Source of the DNA: an uncultured virus (IMG/VR IMGVR_UViG_3300043568_000902)
Taxonomy: Duplodnaviria > Heunggongvirae > Uroviricota > Caudoviricetes
Virus record (IMG/VR): IMGVR_UViG_3300043568_000902
Length of the DNA: 64,000 nt
Strand: one strand, 5' to 3'
This document shows, piece after piece, positions 8,735-19,157 of the stretch. Every line of letters starts with the position of its first letter. The stretch's first letter is position 1. The notes under the pieces are model-generated. The model made no database searches. It was not told the origin of the DNA and saw only the letters and a program-made list of their open reading frames with translations. The position numbers and the translations under genes were made by a program.

Positions 8735-10931
8735 CATAGAAATTCCAACGTGGGAGAATGGCGAGTGGGGTATTACCACATTTGCTACCCGTGATGATTT
8801 TAAAGATTTTGCACTTAGCATTTTTAAAGAGCCTGGTCAATATCAGTTTGATGAAACTAGCAAAATGTTTAATGAACAAGCTAGACATTTTAATGAGTTT
8901 AACTTTTACTGTAAAGCTCCTCAAGGAACTAAAGATTTTATTCAATACTGGAATGACCAAAAGAATAAATGTAAAACCGGTGTGATATATAAAAATAATG
9001 GGAACGCGTGGTACATACCCCGTGACTATTATATGTGGCTAAACTTCCTACCGATATTCAACAAGGAGATTCAAAAGTTTGGTTTTGCCGATATTCGTGA
9101 TGCACAATATCATATGGCATTATATGAATGTTTAGCAGAGTTAAATTATAGACACGCTGCTATTTTAAAGAAACGTCAAATTGCATCCTCATATTTTCAT
9201 GCTGGTAAGATGATTAACCAGATATGGTTTGAGGAAGGTATTACCCTTAAGATGGGTGCTAGTCTTAAAGACTATATCAATGAGAAAGGTACTTGGAAAT
9301 TCTTAAATGAATACGAGGCTTTCTTAAATAAACATACTGCTTGGTACCGCCCTATGAACCCTAATAAGGTTATGATGTGGCAGCAGAAGATTGAGATGGT
9401 AGATCCTGTGAATAAACGTAAATCAGAAGTAGGTCTTAAAGGTGTACTACAAGGTATGTCTTTTGAGAAGGATCCTACTAACGGGGTAGGGGGTCCATGT
9501 AAATACTTCTTCCATGAGGAAGCTGGTATTGCTCCTAAGATGGATACAACATTTGAGTACATCCGTCCTGCTATGAAGTCTGGTTTTATGACTACAGGAA
9601 TGTTTATTGCTGCAGGATCTGTGGGTGACTTGTCTCAATGTGAGCCATTAAAAAAGATGATTACGCGCCCGGACGCGAATGATATATATTCAGTTGAATC
9701 TAACTTAATAGATGAAACTGGGGTTATAAATAAGACAGGATTATTTATTCCTGAACAATGGTCAATGCCACCATACATCGATGCATTTGGTAACTCTAAA
9801 GTAGAAGAAGCATTAGCGGCATTAGATGAGCAATTTGCTACCTGGAAAAAAGAATTGGACCCACAGGAATACCAACTCCGTATTTCTCAGCACCCTAGAA
9901 ATATCAAAGAAGCATTTGACTTTAGAACTGTATCAGTATTCCCATCTCACTTAGTAACTGCACAAGTAAGAAGAATAGAGGATAAACTTTATCCTTATGA
10001 GTTTTTAGATATTCACAGAAATGAAAAAGGTGAAGTTGCAGTTAGTGAAACAAACAAGTTACCTATTACAGAATTTCCTATTACTAAAAATACTGATGAT
10101 AAAACAGGTGTACTTGTAGTATATGAGCGTCCTGTTAAAGACCCTGAGTTTGGAATGTACTATGCAAGCATTGACCCCGTGGGTGAAGGTAAGACAACTA
10201 CCTCAGAATCACTGTGTTCCATCTATGTATATAAAGCTCCAGTTGAAGTAACTCGCAACGATGGTGAAAAGGTTGAGACCTTTATTGAAAATGATAAAAT
10301 AGTAGCTGCGTGGTGTGGCCGTTTTGATGATATAGTTAAAACTCACGAGCGTCTTGAGATGATTGTTGAGTGGTATAATGCATGGACAATTGTTGAAAAT
10401 AACATTAGTTTATTTATTCAACATATGATTCATAGAAAAAAACAGCGCTATCTTGTACCACGAAGTCAAATTTTATTTTTAAAAGATATTGGCGCTAATG
10501 CCAATGTGTTCCAAGAATACGGCTGGAGAAATACAGGTACTTTATTTAAAAGTCATATGATAAGTTATGCAATTGAATTCATACGAGAAGAATTGCACCA
10601 AGAAACTACAGATGACGGTAAAGTAATTAAAACAATTTACGGTATTGAGCGTATTCCGGACATCATGTTGATGAAGGAAATGCAGGCATACCGCGATGGT
10701 GTTAACGTCGATAGGCTTGTGGCATTTGCAGCATTGATTGCTTTTGCTAAAGTACAACAAGCAAATAGGGGTTATAAAAAACGCTATGAGGAGACCGGAC
10801 TTGCAAAAAACTTGGATAACCGCGATAAATTCAGTAAATTAAATAAGAGCCCTTTTCGTCATATTGGCAATGGGGGTCATACCTTTGAAGGCATGAAAAT
10901 GCCAAGAAACGCATTTAAAAATTTAAGATAA
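8718..10931 (+). CDS. terL: Terminase large subunit
   Basis: Walker A-like LKKRQIASSY, Walker B YFFHEEAG, RNase H-like YYASIDP and VDRLVA; 737 aa, directly before the portal gene. Confidence 0.93.
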   Translation: MLQSTNIEIPTWENGEWGITTFATRDDFKDFALSIFKEPGQYQFDETSKMFNEQARHFNEFNFYCKAPQGTKDFIQYWNDQKNKCKTGVIYKNNGNAWYIPRDYYMWLNFLPIFNKEIQKFGFADIRDAQYHMALYECLAELNYRHAAILKKRQIASSYFHAGKMINQIWFEEGITLKMGASLKDYINEKGTWKFLNEYEAFLNKHTAWYRPMNPNKVMMWQQKIEMVDPVNKRKSEVGLKGVLQGMSFEKDPTNGVGGPCKYFFHEEAGIAPKMDTTFEYIRPAMKSGFMTTGMFIAAGSVGDLSQCEPLKKMITRPDANDIYSVESNLIDETGVINKTGLFIPEQWSMPPYIDAFGNSKVEEALAALDEQFATWKKELDPQEYQLRISQHPRNIKEAFDFRTVSVFPSHLVTAQVRRIEDKLYPYEFLDIHRNEKGEVAVSETNKLPITEFPITKNTDDKTGVLVVYERPVKDPEFGMYYASIDPVGEGKTTTSESLCSIYVYKAPVEVTRNDGEKVETFIENDKIVAAWCGRFDDIVKTHERLEMIVEWYNAWTIVENNISLFIQHMIHRKKQRYLVPRSQILFLKDIGANANVFQEYGWRNTGTLFKSHMISYAIEFIREELHQETTDDGKVIKTIYGIERIPDIMLMKEMQAYRDGVNVDRLVAFAALIAFAKVQQANRGYKKRYEETGLAKNLDNRDKFSKLNKSPFRHIGNGGHTFEGMKMPRNAFKNLR

Positions 10932-10934
10932 GCT

Positions 10935-13691
10935 ATGGAAATATACAATGCCATGCAGGTAAAATCAGGGGCTAAGGTTGAGTACAACAAAATGGGTACT
11001 CTTAACCAGCCTATTCAGTTTTTACCTAAAGATAAAAAAGATAAAGACTGGGCTAACTGGAACTTGGACTGGTTAGAATGGCAAGGCTTACGCATAGTGC
11101 GTAGAAACGCACGTCGTTTATTAAAGAACTATAAACTTGCAAAAGGTATTATAGATAGAGGTGATTATATTGTTGAGGAAGATAATGAGTATGCGGATCT
11201 TATTGAAACGCTAACTAAGGAAGATGTATCAGCTCTAGAGCTTAAATTCTATCCTATTGTTCCTAATGTAATTAATACTCTTGTTGCAGAATTTGCTAAA
11301 AGAAATACTCGTGTAACATTTAGAGGAGTAGATGATCACTCTTATAATGAAATGCTTGAGTCTAAAAAGGCTGAATTAGAAAAAGCTATTATTGCAGATG
11401 CTCAAAGTCAACTAATGATTACCATGCAAGAAATGGGATTATCAGATGAGAGTGAAGAGTACCAACAAGCAATGTCCCCTGAAAATATTAAAAGCTTACC
11501 TCAAATTGAAAGTTTTTATAGCAAGACTTATAAGTCAATGGTTGAGGAGTGGGCGGAGCATCAAATGCAAGTTGATAGTGAGCGCTTTAAAATGGATGAG
11601 TTAGAGGAGCGCGGTTTCCGTGATATGTTAATTACAGACCGCGAGTTCTGGCACTTTAAGATGATGGAGGATGACTATAACATTGAGCTATGGAATCCTA
11701 TTCTTACATTTTATCATAAGTCTCCAGAGGTACGCTACATGTCAGATGCAAGTTGGGTAGGTAAGTTTGATATGATGACTGTTGCAGACGTTATTGATGC
11801 TTATGGCTGGTTAATGTCACAAGAGCAATTAGAAAGTCTTGAGGCTATTTATCCAGTACGTTCAGCAGGTTACCCTATTCAAGGTTATCAAAATGATGGT
11901 AGCTACTATGACGGTACTAAGTCACATGATTGGAATACACAAATGCCATCTTTAGGATATCGTCAATATACTTCTATGTGGGATAACACATTAGTAGGTG
12001 GTGATATTGTTAACTGGATTATGCGTGAGAATGAAGACTTCTATGACTTTGGACAAGTTAACTTATTACGTGTTACTACAGCATATTGGAAATCACAGCG
12101 TAAGATTGGACACTTAACTAAAATTTATGATGATGGTACAGTATTGCAAGATATTGTAACAGAGGATTATAAAGTTGTAGATAAGCCAGTTTATAATACG
12201 CGTCTTATTAAGAATAAGAGTAAGGATAATTTAATATTTGGTGATCACATAGATTGGATCTGGATTAATGAGGTATGGGGTGGAGTTAAAATTGGTCCGC
12301 ATCACCCATCATTCTGGGGAACTAAATCTCCTGGGGGTATTAATCCTATATATTTAGGAATAAACCAAAACAATATTGCACCAATGAAGTTTCAATTTAA
12401 AGGTGATGAATCACTTTATGGTTGCAAACTTCCTGTAGAAGGCTCCGTGTTCTCAGATCGTAATACAAGATCTGTAGCACTTGTAGACTTAATGAAGCCA
12501 TTTCAAATTGGATATAACATTGTTAATAACCAAATTGCAGATATACTTGTAGATGAACTTGGTACTGTAATCTTGTTAGACCAAAACTCTTTACCTCGTC
12601 ACTCATTAGGAGAAGATTGGGGAAAGAACAACTTGGCCAAGGCTTATGTGGCAATGAAGAACTTCCAGATGTTACCATTGGATACTTCTATTACTAATAC
12701 TGAAAACCCATTAGCTTTTCAACACTACCAGAAACTTGACCTTGAGCAAACTAATCGTTTAATGTCTCGTATTCAGTTGGCTACATACTTTAAGCAACAA
12801 GCATTTGAGGTAATTGGTATTACACCACAACGTATGGGTCAGCAAATTGGGCAAACTAATACCGCAACTGGTATTGAGCAAGCTGTAGCTGGTTCATATG
12901 CGCAAACTGAAATGTACTTTGTACAACATAGTGATTACCTAATGCCACGTGTACATCAAATGCGCACGGACTTGGCCCAGTATTATCATTCAACTAACCC
13001 GTCATTACGCCTTAGATATATCACAAACACAGAAGAAACAAAGAACTTTGAGATGAATGGTACAGATCTTCTTATGCGAGATCTTAATATCTTCTGTACT
13101 ACTAAGGCTAATCATAGAGCTGTTCTAGAACAACTTAAACAATTAGCTATTCAGAATAATACTTCTGGTGCTTCAATCTTTGACTTAGGTAACATCATTA
13201 AATCTGAGTCTATTGCTGAAGTTGATAGTATTCTTAAGAAGTCTGATGAGCGCACGCAACAGCAAAAACAAGCTGAAATGCAGCAACAACAACAAATGCA
13301 AGAGCAAATGCTTCAAGCTAGAGCTGAAGAAGCTCGCATGAAGATGGAGTTTGAGGCTAGCGAAAATCAAAAAGATCGTGAATCAAGAATTGTTGAGGCT
13401 CAAATTAGATCAGCAGGTTATGGCTCTATGCAAGATCTTAATCAAAACATGCAAAGTGATTATGCTGATATGCTTGGTCAAATTCAAAAATCTGAGGAAT
13501 ATAAAGATTCAATGAACTTGCAACGTGAAAAAGAAATGTCAAGAGGAATGCAACATGATGATAAATTAAATCTTGAAAGAGAGAAGTTGCAAGTCCAAAA
13601 ACAAATCTCAGATAACCAATTAGCTATTGCAATGGAGAATACAAATAAGTTTGATTTACAAAAAAAGAATAATGCAAAGAAGAAGAAATAA
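10935..13691 (+). CDS. Portal protein
   Basis: Follows TerL; YPIVPNVINTLVAEFAKR, IGITPQRMG and TATGIEQAV motifs; Q/E-rich C-terminal barrel coiled coil. Confidence 0.9.
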   Translation: MEIYNAMQVKSGAKVEYNKMGTLNQPIQFLPKDKKDKDWANWNLDWLEWQGLRIVRRNARRLLKNYKLAKGIIDRGDYIVEEDNEYADLIETLTKEDVSALELKFYPIVPNVINTLVAEFAKRNTRVTFRGVDDHSYNEMLESKKAELEKAIIADAQSQLMITMQEMGLSDESEEYQQAMSPENIKSLPQIESFYSKTYKSMVEEWAEHQMQVDSERFKMDELEERGFRDMLITDREFWHFKMMEDDYNIELWNPILTFYHKSPEVRYMSDASWVGKFDMMTVADVIDAYGWLMSQEQLESLEAIYPVRSAGYPIQGYQNDGSYYDGTKSHDWNTQMPSLGYRQYTSMWDNTLVGGDIVNWIMRENEDFYDFGQVNLLRVTTAYWKSQRKIGHLTKIYDDGTVLQDIVTEDYKVVDKPVYNTRLIKNKSKDNLIFGDHIDWIWINEVWGGVKIGPHHPSFWGTKSPGGINPIYLGINQNNIAPMKFQFKGDESLYGCKLPVEGSVFSDRNTRSVALVDLMKPFQIGYNIVNNQIADILVDELGTVILLDQNSLPRHSLGEDWGKNNLAKAYVAMKNFQMLPLDTSITNTENPLAFQHYQKLDLEQTNRLMSRIQLATYFKQQAFEVIGITPQRMGQQIGQTNTATGIEQAVAGSYAQTEMYFVQHSDYLMPRVHQMRTDLAQYYHSTNPSLRLRYITNTEETKNFEMNGTDLLMRDLNIFCTTKANHRAVLEQLKQLAIQNNTSGASIFDLGNIIKSESIAEVDSILKKSDERTQQQKQAEMQQQQQMQEQMLQARAEEARMKMEFEASENQKDRESRIVEAQIRSAGYGSMQDLNQNMQSDYADMLGQIQKSEEYKDSMNLQREKEMSRGMQHDDKLNLEREKLQVQKQISDNQLAIAMENTNKFDLQKKNNAKKKK

Positions 13692-13803
13692 GGGTATAGC
13701 CATATAATGCGCGCTTTTTTTGACTTTGATAAAACTTATTAAATTTATTTAGATACATTTGCGTATATTGTTAATAAGACATTAATACTAAAAACCAACT
13801 ACC

Positions 13804-15009
13804 ATGTCTACAGAAAAAGAAACTACAGAGGTTTCACAAGTTGAAGTTAACCTCGATGAATTATTGGGAATTCCAGGAGCAGATAACGTAATGCTTCCTG
13901 AAGAAAAAAAGCCGTCGGTGTTCACGGATCCCAAAGTTGACACCTCGTTCCTTGACACTCCTAATGAGGAGGATGATGAAGAAAAAGAAAAAACTATTTC
14001 TAAAACAGAAGTAGATAATCTTTTAGATGAACCACTTAAAGATGAAAATGATGATACTGATGCACCAAAAGTAACAGGTCGTCCTAAGTTAGATAAAAGT
14101 GGTACAGCGGAACTCGTAAAGAAACTTATTGACAAAGGACAAATTGTACCCTTTGATGATGATAAGCCAATTGAAGAGTATACAATAAAAGATTTTGAAG
14201 AACTTCTTGAAGCAAACTTCAATGATCGTGAAAACAAAGTTCGCCAGGATACTCCTCGTGAATTCTTTGACGCATTACCTGAAGAGTTGCAAGCCGCTGC
14301 TAAATATGTAGCAGACGGTGGAGAAGATCTTCGCGGATTATTTAGAATTTTGGCGGAAGTTGAAGAACATCGCCAACTTGATCCTAGAGATAAAAATGAT
14401 CAAGAATATATAGTACGTGAATACTTAAGAGCTACCAACTTTGGTAACGAAGACGAGATTGAAGAAGAAATTGATCAATGGCGTGATCGCGGAGACTTAG
14501 AGTCAAAAGCTCTTAAGTTCAAGCCAAAGTTAGATAAAATGCAAGAACATGTTGTTGCTCAAAAGCTTGCTCAACAAGAGCATATGAAAAAGCAACAACA
14601 CCAAGCAGCTCAAGCTTATATGCATAATGTATATGAGACACTTAAGAATGGTGAACTTGGTGGATTAAGATTAGATAAAAAGACACAGGGTATGTTATAT
14701 GCTGGTCTTGTACAACCTAATTACCCATCTATTTCAGGTAAGCCAACAAACATGTTAGGACACTTATTGGAGAAATACCAATACGTTGAACCAAGACATG
14801 ACTTAATTGCTGAAGCTTTATGGTTGCTTTCTGACCCAGATGGTTACAAAGCAAAGATTAAAGATGTAGGTAAACAAGCACAAGTTGAAAAAACTGTGCG
14901 CCAATTGAAAACCGAGGAAGCACGACGCACTGTAAGTTCTCCAGTAGTTGAAAGCGAGGAGAAAGTACAACGCCGTATTCCTAGAAATGATAGCTTTTTT
15001 AAACGATAA
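13804..15009 (+). CDS. Acidic scaffolding-like protein
   Basis: D/E-rich and helical; sits between portal and MCP, the conserved crAss-like position. Confidence 0.6.
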   Translation: MSTEKETTEVSQVEVNLDELLGIPGADNVMLPEEKKPSVFTDPKVDTSFLDTPNEEDDEEKEKTISKTEVDNLLDEPLKDENDDTDAPKVTGRPKLDKSGTAELVKKLIDKGQIVPFDDDKPIEEYTIKDFEELLEANFNDRENKVRQDTPREFFDALPEELQAAAKYVADGGEDLRGLFRILAEVEEHRQLDPRDKNDQEYIVREYLRATNFGNEDEIEEEIDQWRDRGDLESKALKFKPKLDKMQEHVVAQKLAQQEHMKKQQHQAAQAYMHNVYETLKNGELGGLRLDKKTQGMLYAGLVQPNYPSISGKPTNMLGHLLEKYQYVEPRHDLIAEALWLLSDPDGYKAKIKDVGKQAQVEKTVRQLKTEEARRTVSSPVVESEEKVQRRIPRNDSFFKR

Positions 15010-15034
15010 TTAACCCTTAAATAAATAAAAAAAC

Positions 15035-16675
15035 ATGGCAACTCCAGTTTTAAACAATGGTATATTTCTACGCGATACCAACTACGCAGCTAGTTCACAC
15101 GTAGATTCTTACCACTTGGTTAACATGCTCAAGAATGCTGAACCTATGGATTTAGGACCAGTAGATCTTTGGGCAATGGCACAAAAGGTAGAAATGCCTT
15201 TGTACCAAATGTCTAGCTTTGGTGGAAAGAACGTAATTAATGTTGATAATGCTCGTGGAGAGTACAAGTGGCAAACGCCAATTGTAATGGATCTTCCTTA
15301 CATTGTTGACGAAGTTTTAACATCAGATCGTGAAGGTGAATCATTAACACTTGGTGCTGATGGTACTACTTTCCAAATCAAAATTTCACGTCGTGAATTT
15401 GGACATGGTGATATCATCACTTATGACAAGTACAACGGTGCTGAGATGTACATCACTGTTGATGACATTGTTCCAGTAGGTGACGGTTTTGTTTACACCG
15501 TACAATTAGTAAACAATGATAATAGTTATGGTTTGGATACTTCTATCCTTGCACCAGGTACTAAAATCTTCCGTAAAGGTTCTGCACGTGGCGAGTATGG
15601 AGAGCGTTTCTCAGACATCGTTACTGCAACAGGTTTCCGCGAGTTCTACAACTTCGTAGGAGGAGCTGAGGCACACGTACACTATTCTATTTCATCTCGC
15701 GCAGATCTTATGATCAAGGGTGGTATGAATGCAGATGGTACTGTACCAGTAGTAGAAATCTGGCGTAACTTTGACAAGAACATTGATCCATCTATCGCTA
15801 ACCTTGACAACATGGTTTCTCGCATGGGTAAGGATTATGTTAAGCGTGCAATGGGTAATGGTTCATTGTCTCGTACTTTCATGACTACAATGGAAGCAGC
15901 TCACTTGACTAAAGTAGCTAATGACATCGAGACCTACTTAATGTGGGGACAAGGTGGACGTGTACGTCAAGACGGTCCAGATGACTTGCGTTTATCTGTG
16001 GGTCTTTGGAAGCAATTGGATAACTCATTCAAGCGCATCTACAACAAGTCTAACTTCAACCTTGACTTATTCCGTTCTGAGCTTTACAACTTCTACGCAG
16101 GTAAGGTTGAATTCCAAGGTCCAGATCCTAAGCGTCAATTGATTGTACAAACCGGTATGGGCGGTATGCGCATGGTTAACGAAGCAATCAAGCGTGAGGC
16201 TATGGCTTCAGGATTGTTGATCCAAGCTGCTGAAAACAACGGTATTGGAGCAATCACTGGTAAAGGTATGGACTTGAACTACGGATTTGCATTCACTTCT
16301 TATGTTATCCCATTCTTGGCTAACGTGAAGTTTGTGTTGAACCCAGCGTTTGATAACCTACACACCAATGACATTGAAAACCCAATCATTGATGGTTTCC
16401 CATTGTCTTCTTACTCATTCATTATCTTTGATATCACTGATAACACTAATGACAACATCTTCTTGTTGAAGTTATCTTGGGATAATCAATTGAAGTGGTG
16501 GTACCAAAACGGAACTATGGATTACATGGGACGTACCCAAGGTTTCCAAAGCTCTGGACAATTCAACGGATACCGCGTATTCATGACACAAACAATGCCT
16601 GCGATCTGGGTTAAAGACCCAACCAAAGTATTGAAGATTGTTATGCGTAACCCAATCACTGGCGGATCATTCTAA
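15035..16675 (+). CDS. Major capsid protein
   Basis: 546 aa; high-expression codon bias (TTC, AAC, ATC, CGT); EYKWQ, LMWG, GLWKQL and VKDPT motifs; followed by a terminator. Confidence 0.9.
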   Translation: MATPVLNNGIFLRDTNYAASSHVDSYHLVNMLKNAEPMDLGPVDLWAMAQKVEMPLYQMSSFGGKNVINVDNARGEYKWQTPIVMDLPYIVDEVLTSDREGESLTLGADGTTFQIKISRREFGHGDIITYDKYNGAEMYITVDDIVPVGDGFVYTVQLVNNDNSYGLDTSILAPGTKIFRKGSARGEYGERFSDIVTATGFREFYNFVGGAEAHVHYSISSRADLMIKGGMNADGTVPVVEIWRNFDKNIDPSIANLDNMVSRMGKDYVKRAMGNGSLSRTFMTTMEAAHLTKVANDIETYLMWGQGGRVRQDGPDDLRLSVGLWKQLDNSFKRIYNKSNFNLDLFRSELYNFYAGKVEFQGPDPKRQLIVQTGMGGMRMVNEAIKREAMASGLLIQAAENNGIGAITGKGMDLNYGFAFTSYVIPFLANVKFVLNPAFDNLHTNDIENPIIDGFPLSSYSFIIFDITDNTNDNIFLLKLSWDNQLKWWYQNGTMDYMGRTQGFQSSGQFNGYRVFMTQTMPAIWVKDPTKVLKIVMRNPITGGSF

Positions 16676-16695
16676 TTTTAAACTATATGTAAACT

Positions 16696-16724
16696 GGGGG
16701 AGAGTTGAAAGCCTCCCCCTTTTT
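16696..16724 (+). terminator. Rho-independent terminator after MCP
   Basis: GGGGGAG...CTCCCCC stem followed by T5. Confidence 0.85.
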
Positions 16725-16764
16725 ACTACCTTTACAAAAACCAATAAAATAAAACCAACAAGTT

Positions 16765-17784
16765 ATGAGCTTTACTTTAGTAGAAAAGGTGTCACACCTT
16801 AAGAAAGGTCCTATTGCGATTAGACCTTATTTTAGCAATCAAAACTCAAACATGGGTCTTGAGAAATATGGTTTAACACTTTTTGAAGGTGTATCCCATG
16901 AAGAGCAGTTAGCATGTCTTGAGAATAATGGTGTAAAACGTTATTTAACAGGACTTAATGAATTTGCTCCTGAGATTAAAAAAATTGCTGATGCTGAAGA
17001 GCGTGAAGCAAAAGTTAAAGAAATTAGAACAGTTGTATCTGAGCTTGAAAAAGAATTAGCTGCAAATGTTGTAAGTCCAGAAGATACTGATTTCTGGAAC
17101 AAAATTAAATTATTACGTCCAGACAATGATGAGTTCTGGAATAAAATAACAATACGTTGTGGTAACGACCCCGTATTTTTAGAGCCTGAGAAAGATGCTT
17201 ATGATCTTATCAAACTCTACGCAATTAACGCCGGAGGATTTAGCATTATAGCAAAAAGCTATGATGATGCTAAATTAAAAATGAATAAGAACGCACGTTT
17301 TTATTTAGACAAGTACGAGGAAACAGCTTCAACTAAAACTGAAGTTAAAAAACTTCGTAACAAAGCTCTTGCTGAATTGCAAAAACTTTATGATAAGAAC
17401 ACCAACAAGTTGTTCTATGTTGCGAAAGTTGTTGACATTGCGAGTGCCCAGTATAAAAAGTCTACTCCTAATGATATCATTTACGATATTATGGATAACT
17501 TTATTAATGGGGAAAGCACAGAAAGAAATCCTGTACGTGCTGCACAAACATTCTTAGATACTGCAAACGCTGACATGGAAACACTTAAAGTTAAAGCAAT
17601 TGTAAAAGATGCTACTTATTATAAGTTTATTGTTGCAAAAACAGATGGAATTATATACACTAGAGAAACTAATACAATGTTAGGAAGAAACCAAGCCGAG
17701 ATTGTAGAGTTCTTTAAAAACCCACTTAACGAAGATGTTTTAGTACAAATTTCTAAAAAAGTGGAGAAGTATTGGAATATGTAA
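16765..17784 (+). CDS. Conserved crAss-like protein downstream of MCP
   Basis: Synteny; YLTGLNE and FWNK motifs; helical. Confidence 0.6.
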   Translation: MSFTLVEKVSHLKKGPIAIRPYFSNQNSNMGLEKYGLTLFEGVSHEEQLACLENNGVKRYLTGLNEFAPEIKKIADAEEREAKVKEIRTVVSELEKELAANVVSPEDTDFWNKIKLLRPDNDEFWNKITIRCGNDPVFLEPEKDAYDLIKLYAINAGGFSIIAKSYDDAKLKMNKNARFYLDKYEETASTKTEVKKLRNKALAELQKLYDKNTNKLFYVAKVVDIASAQYKKSTPNDIIYDIMDNFINGESTERNPVRAAQTFLDTANADMETLKVKAIVKDATYYKFIVAKTDGIIYTRETNTMLGRNQAEIVEFFKNPLNEDVLVQISKKVEKYWNM

Positions 17785-17809
17785 TTATCTTTATATTAAA
17801 CATACTAAA

Positions 17810-17995
17810 ATGAAAAAAGTGAAAAAAATGATGACTGGCGGTGTTAAAAATCCTAATGCTGCAGTTATGGTACAAAAAACTGCTGGTGGACGTGTTGGTG
17901 GCGGTAACGCTGCTGCACAAGTTCAACGTGTGGCTAAAGGTCGCACTGGTGGTGGTAATACATCAGCTACGGTTAACCCAAAGCGTAAGGGATGA
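17810..17995 (+). CDS. Tiny basic Gly-rich protein
   Basis: 61 aa with no acidic residues; internal repeat V.K/R.A.GR.GGGN. Confidence 0.7.
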   Translation: MKKVKKMMTGGVKNPNAAVMVQKTAGGRVGGGNAAAQVQRVAKGRTGGGNTSATVNPKRKG

Positions 17996-18117
17996 ACTCG
18001 CTGCTAAAGCCTGAAGAAAAAAAGAAAATGATTTCATATGGAAAACCTAATGGTACCACCTATAAAAAAGGTGGTACTACAGGTTCCAAGAAATCTGGCT
18101 GTGGCTGTAAAAAATAA
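17992..18117 (+). CDS. Tiny basic protein, 41 aa (not in ORF track)
   Basis: ATGA overlap with the previous stop; MNSLLKPEEKKKMISYGKPNGTTYKKGGTTGSKKSGCGCKK. Confidence 0.6.
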   Translation: MNSLLKPEEKKKMISYGKPNGTTYKKGGTTGSKKSGCGCKK

Positions 18118-18122
18118 TTGCT

Positions 18123-18263
18123 ATGGCTAAAGACAAGAAGTGGATTCAAAAGGCTGTTAATCCTAAACACAAGGGTTACTGTACTCCTATGACTAAAGCT
18201 ACTTGTACACCTAAACGTAAAGCGTTAGCTAGAACATTTAAGGCTATGGCTAAAAATAAATAA
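18123..18263 (+). CDS. Tiny basic protein, 46 aa (not in ORF track)
   Basis: MAKDKKWIQKAVNPKHKGYCTPMTKATCTPKRKALARTFKAMAKNK; fits the gap exactly. Confidence 0.75.
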   Translation: MAKDKKWIQKAVNPKHKGYCTPMTKATCTPKRKALARTFKAMAKNK

Positions 18264-18264
18264 T

Positions 18265-18663
18265 ATGGCAAAGCAAATGATTAAACGCAAGGACGGAAGT
18301 GTATCCCAGAGAGGTCTTTGGGATAACATCCGTGCTAATAAAGGTTCTGGAAAAAAACCTACTAAACAGATGCTTACTCAAGAAAAAAAGATTAAAGCTA
18401 AATCTGTTAAGAAATACGATGAAGGTGGTATTTTTAAACAGAATGATCCTAATGCTACTTTTTCTGAAAACGTTAAGAAAAACTTCTTAACTAACAGAAG
18501 TGCCAATTTGGAAAATAGAGCAAGAAGTGCATATGAAAATAATAACTTTAACTTGGGGAATAGACTAGCTACTAAGGCCGGTCGTGCAGGAGATAAGCTT
18601 TCGATGTTAGATGCGCAAATACAGCATCGTAAAAAAGGTGGCTCAGTAAAAAAGAAGAAGTAA
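18265..18663 (+). CDS. Basic protein, putative DNA-binding core protein
   Basis: K/R-rich; RGLWDNIRA motif; KKYDEGG and HRKKGG motifs. Confidence 0.7.
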   Translation: MAKQMIKRKDGSVSQRGLWDNIRANKGSGKKPTKQMLTQEKKIKAKSVKKYDEGGIFKQNDPNATFSENVKKNFLTNRSANLENRARSAYENNNFNLGNRLATKAGRAGDKLSMLDAQIQHRKKGGSVKKKK

Positions 18664-18911
18664 TGGCTAAGAGTCCAGCATGGCAAAGAAAAGAAGGTAA
18701 GGCTCCAAGTGGAGGCCTTAACGCTAAAGGGCGTGCCTCGTATAATAAAGAAACTGGTGGAAACTTAAAAGCTCCACAACCAGAAGGTGGCTCTAGAAAG
18801 AAATCTTTCTGTGCTCGCATGTCGGGTATGAAAAAGAAACTAACCTCTGCAAAAACAGCTAATGATCCTGATAGCAGAATTAATAAGTCACTTAGAAAAT
18901 GGAAATGTTAA
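18663..18911 (+). CDS. Conserved small basic phage protein
   Basis: MAKSPAWQRKEGK..GGLNAKGRASYN...NLKAP...RKKSFCARM...SLRKWKC, a motif set widespread in aquatic phages. Confidence 0.75.
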   Translation: MAKSPAWQRKEGKAPSGGLNAKGRASYNKETGGNLKAPQPEGGSRKKSFCARMSGMKKKLTSAKTANDPDSRINKSLRKWKC

Positions 18912-18923
18912 AACTATAATACT

Positions 18924-19154
18924 ATGATTAACAAAAATTCTAAAAAAATAGGTTACATGGATTTAGGTGGGAACTTTGTAGATACAAGTAATATGTATAC
19001 AAAGGAGGAGCCGGTATCTGGTATGGGTACTATTTCTGAATCTTCTGAATCTGGGGATTGGCCTAAAAAAGGAAAAGGTTATGACTACAGAGCTCATAAA
19101 AAACGTAGTGGTTGTGGACCTAGTAGATGTTATAAAAAACATAACAAGTGGTAA
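18924..19154 (+). CDS. Small hypothetical protein with basic termini
   Basis: Tight packing with neighbours; YMDLGG motif. Confidence 0.55.
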   Translation: MINKNSKKIGYMDLGGNFVDTSNMYTKEEPVSGMGTISESSESGDWPKKGKGYDYRAHKKRSGCGPSRCYKKHNKW

Positions 19155-19157
19155 ATA

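Noticed and set aside
13725..13761. Canonical host promoter TTTG...TACATTTG before the scaffold gene
   Set aside because: The -7 box is perfect but spacing to TTTG is 25 nt, outside the usual range; not listed as a feature
8718..16675. Introns, inteins or homing endonucleases in terL, portal or MCP
   Set aside because: ORFs are uninterrupted and of expected size; no intein C...HN or LAGLIDADG/HNH motifs seen
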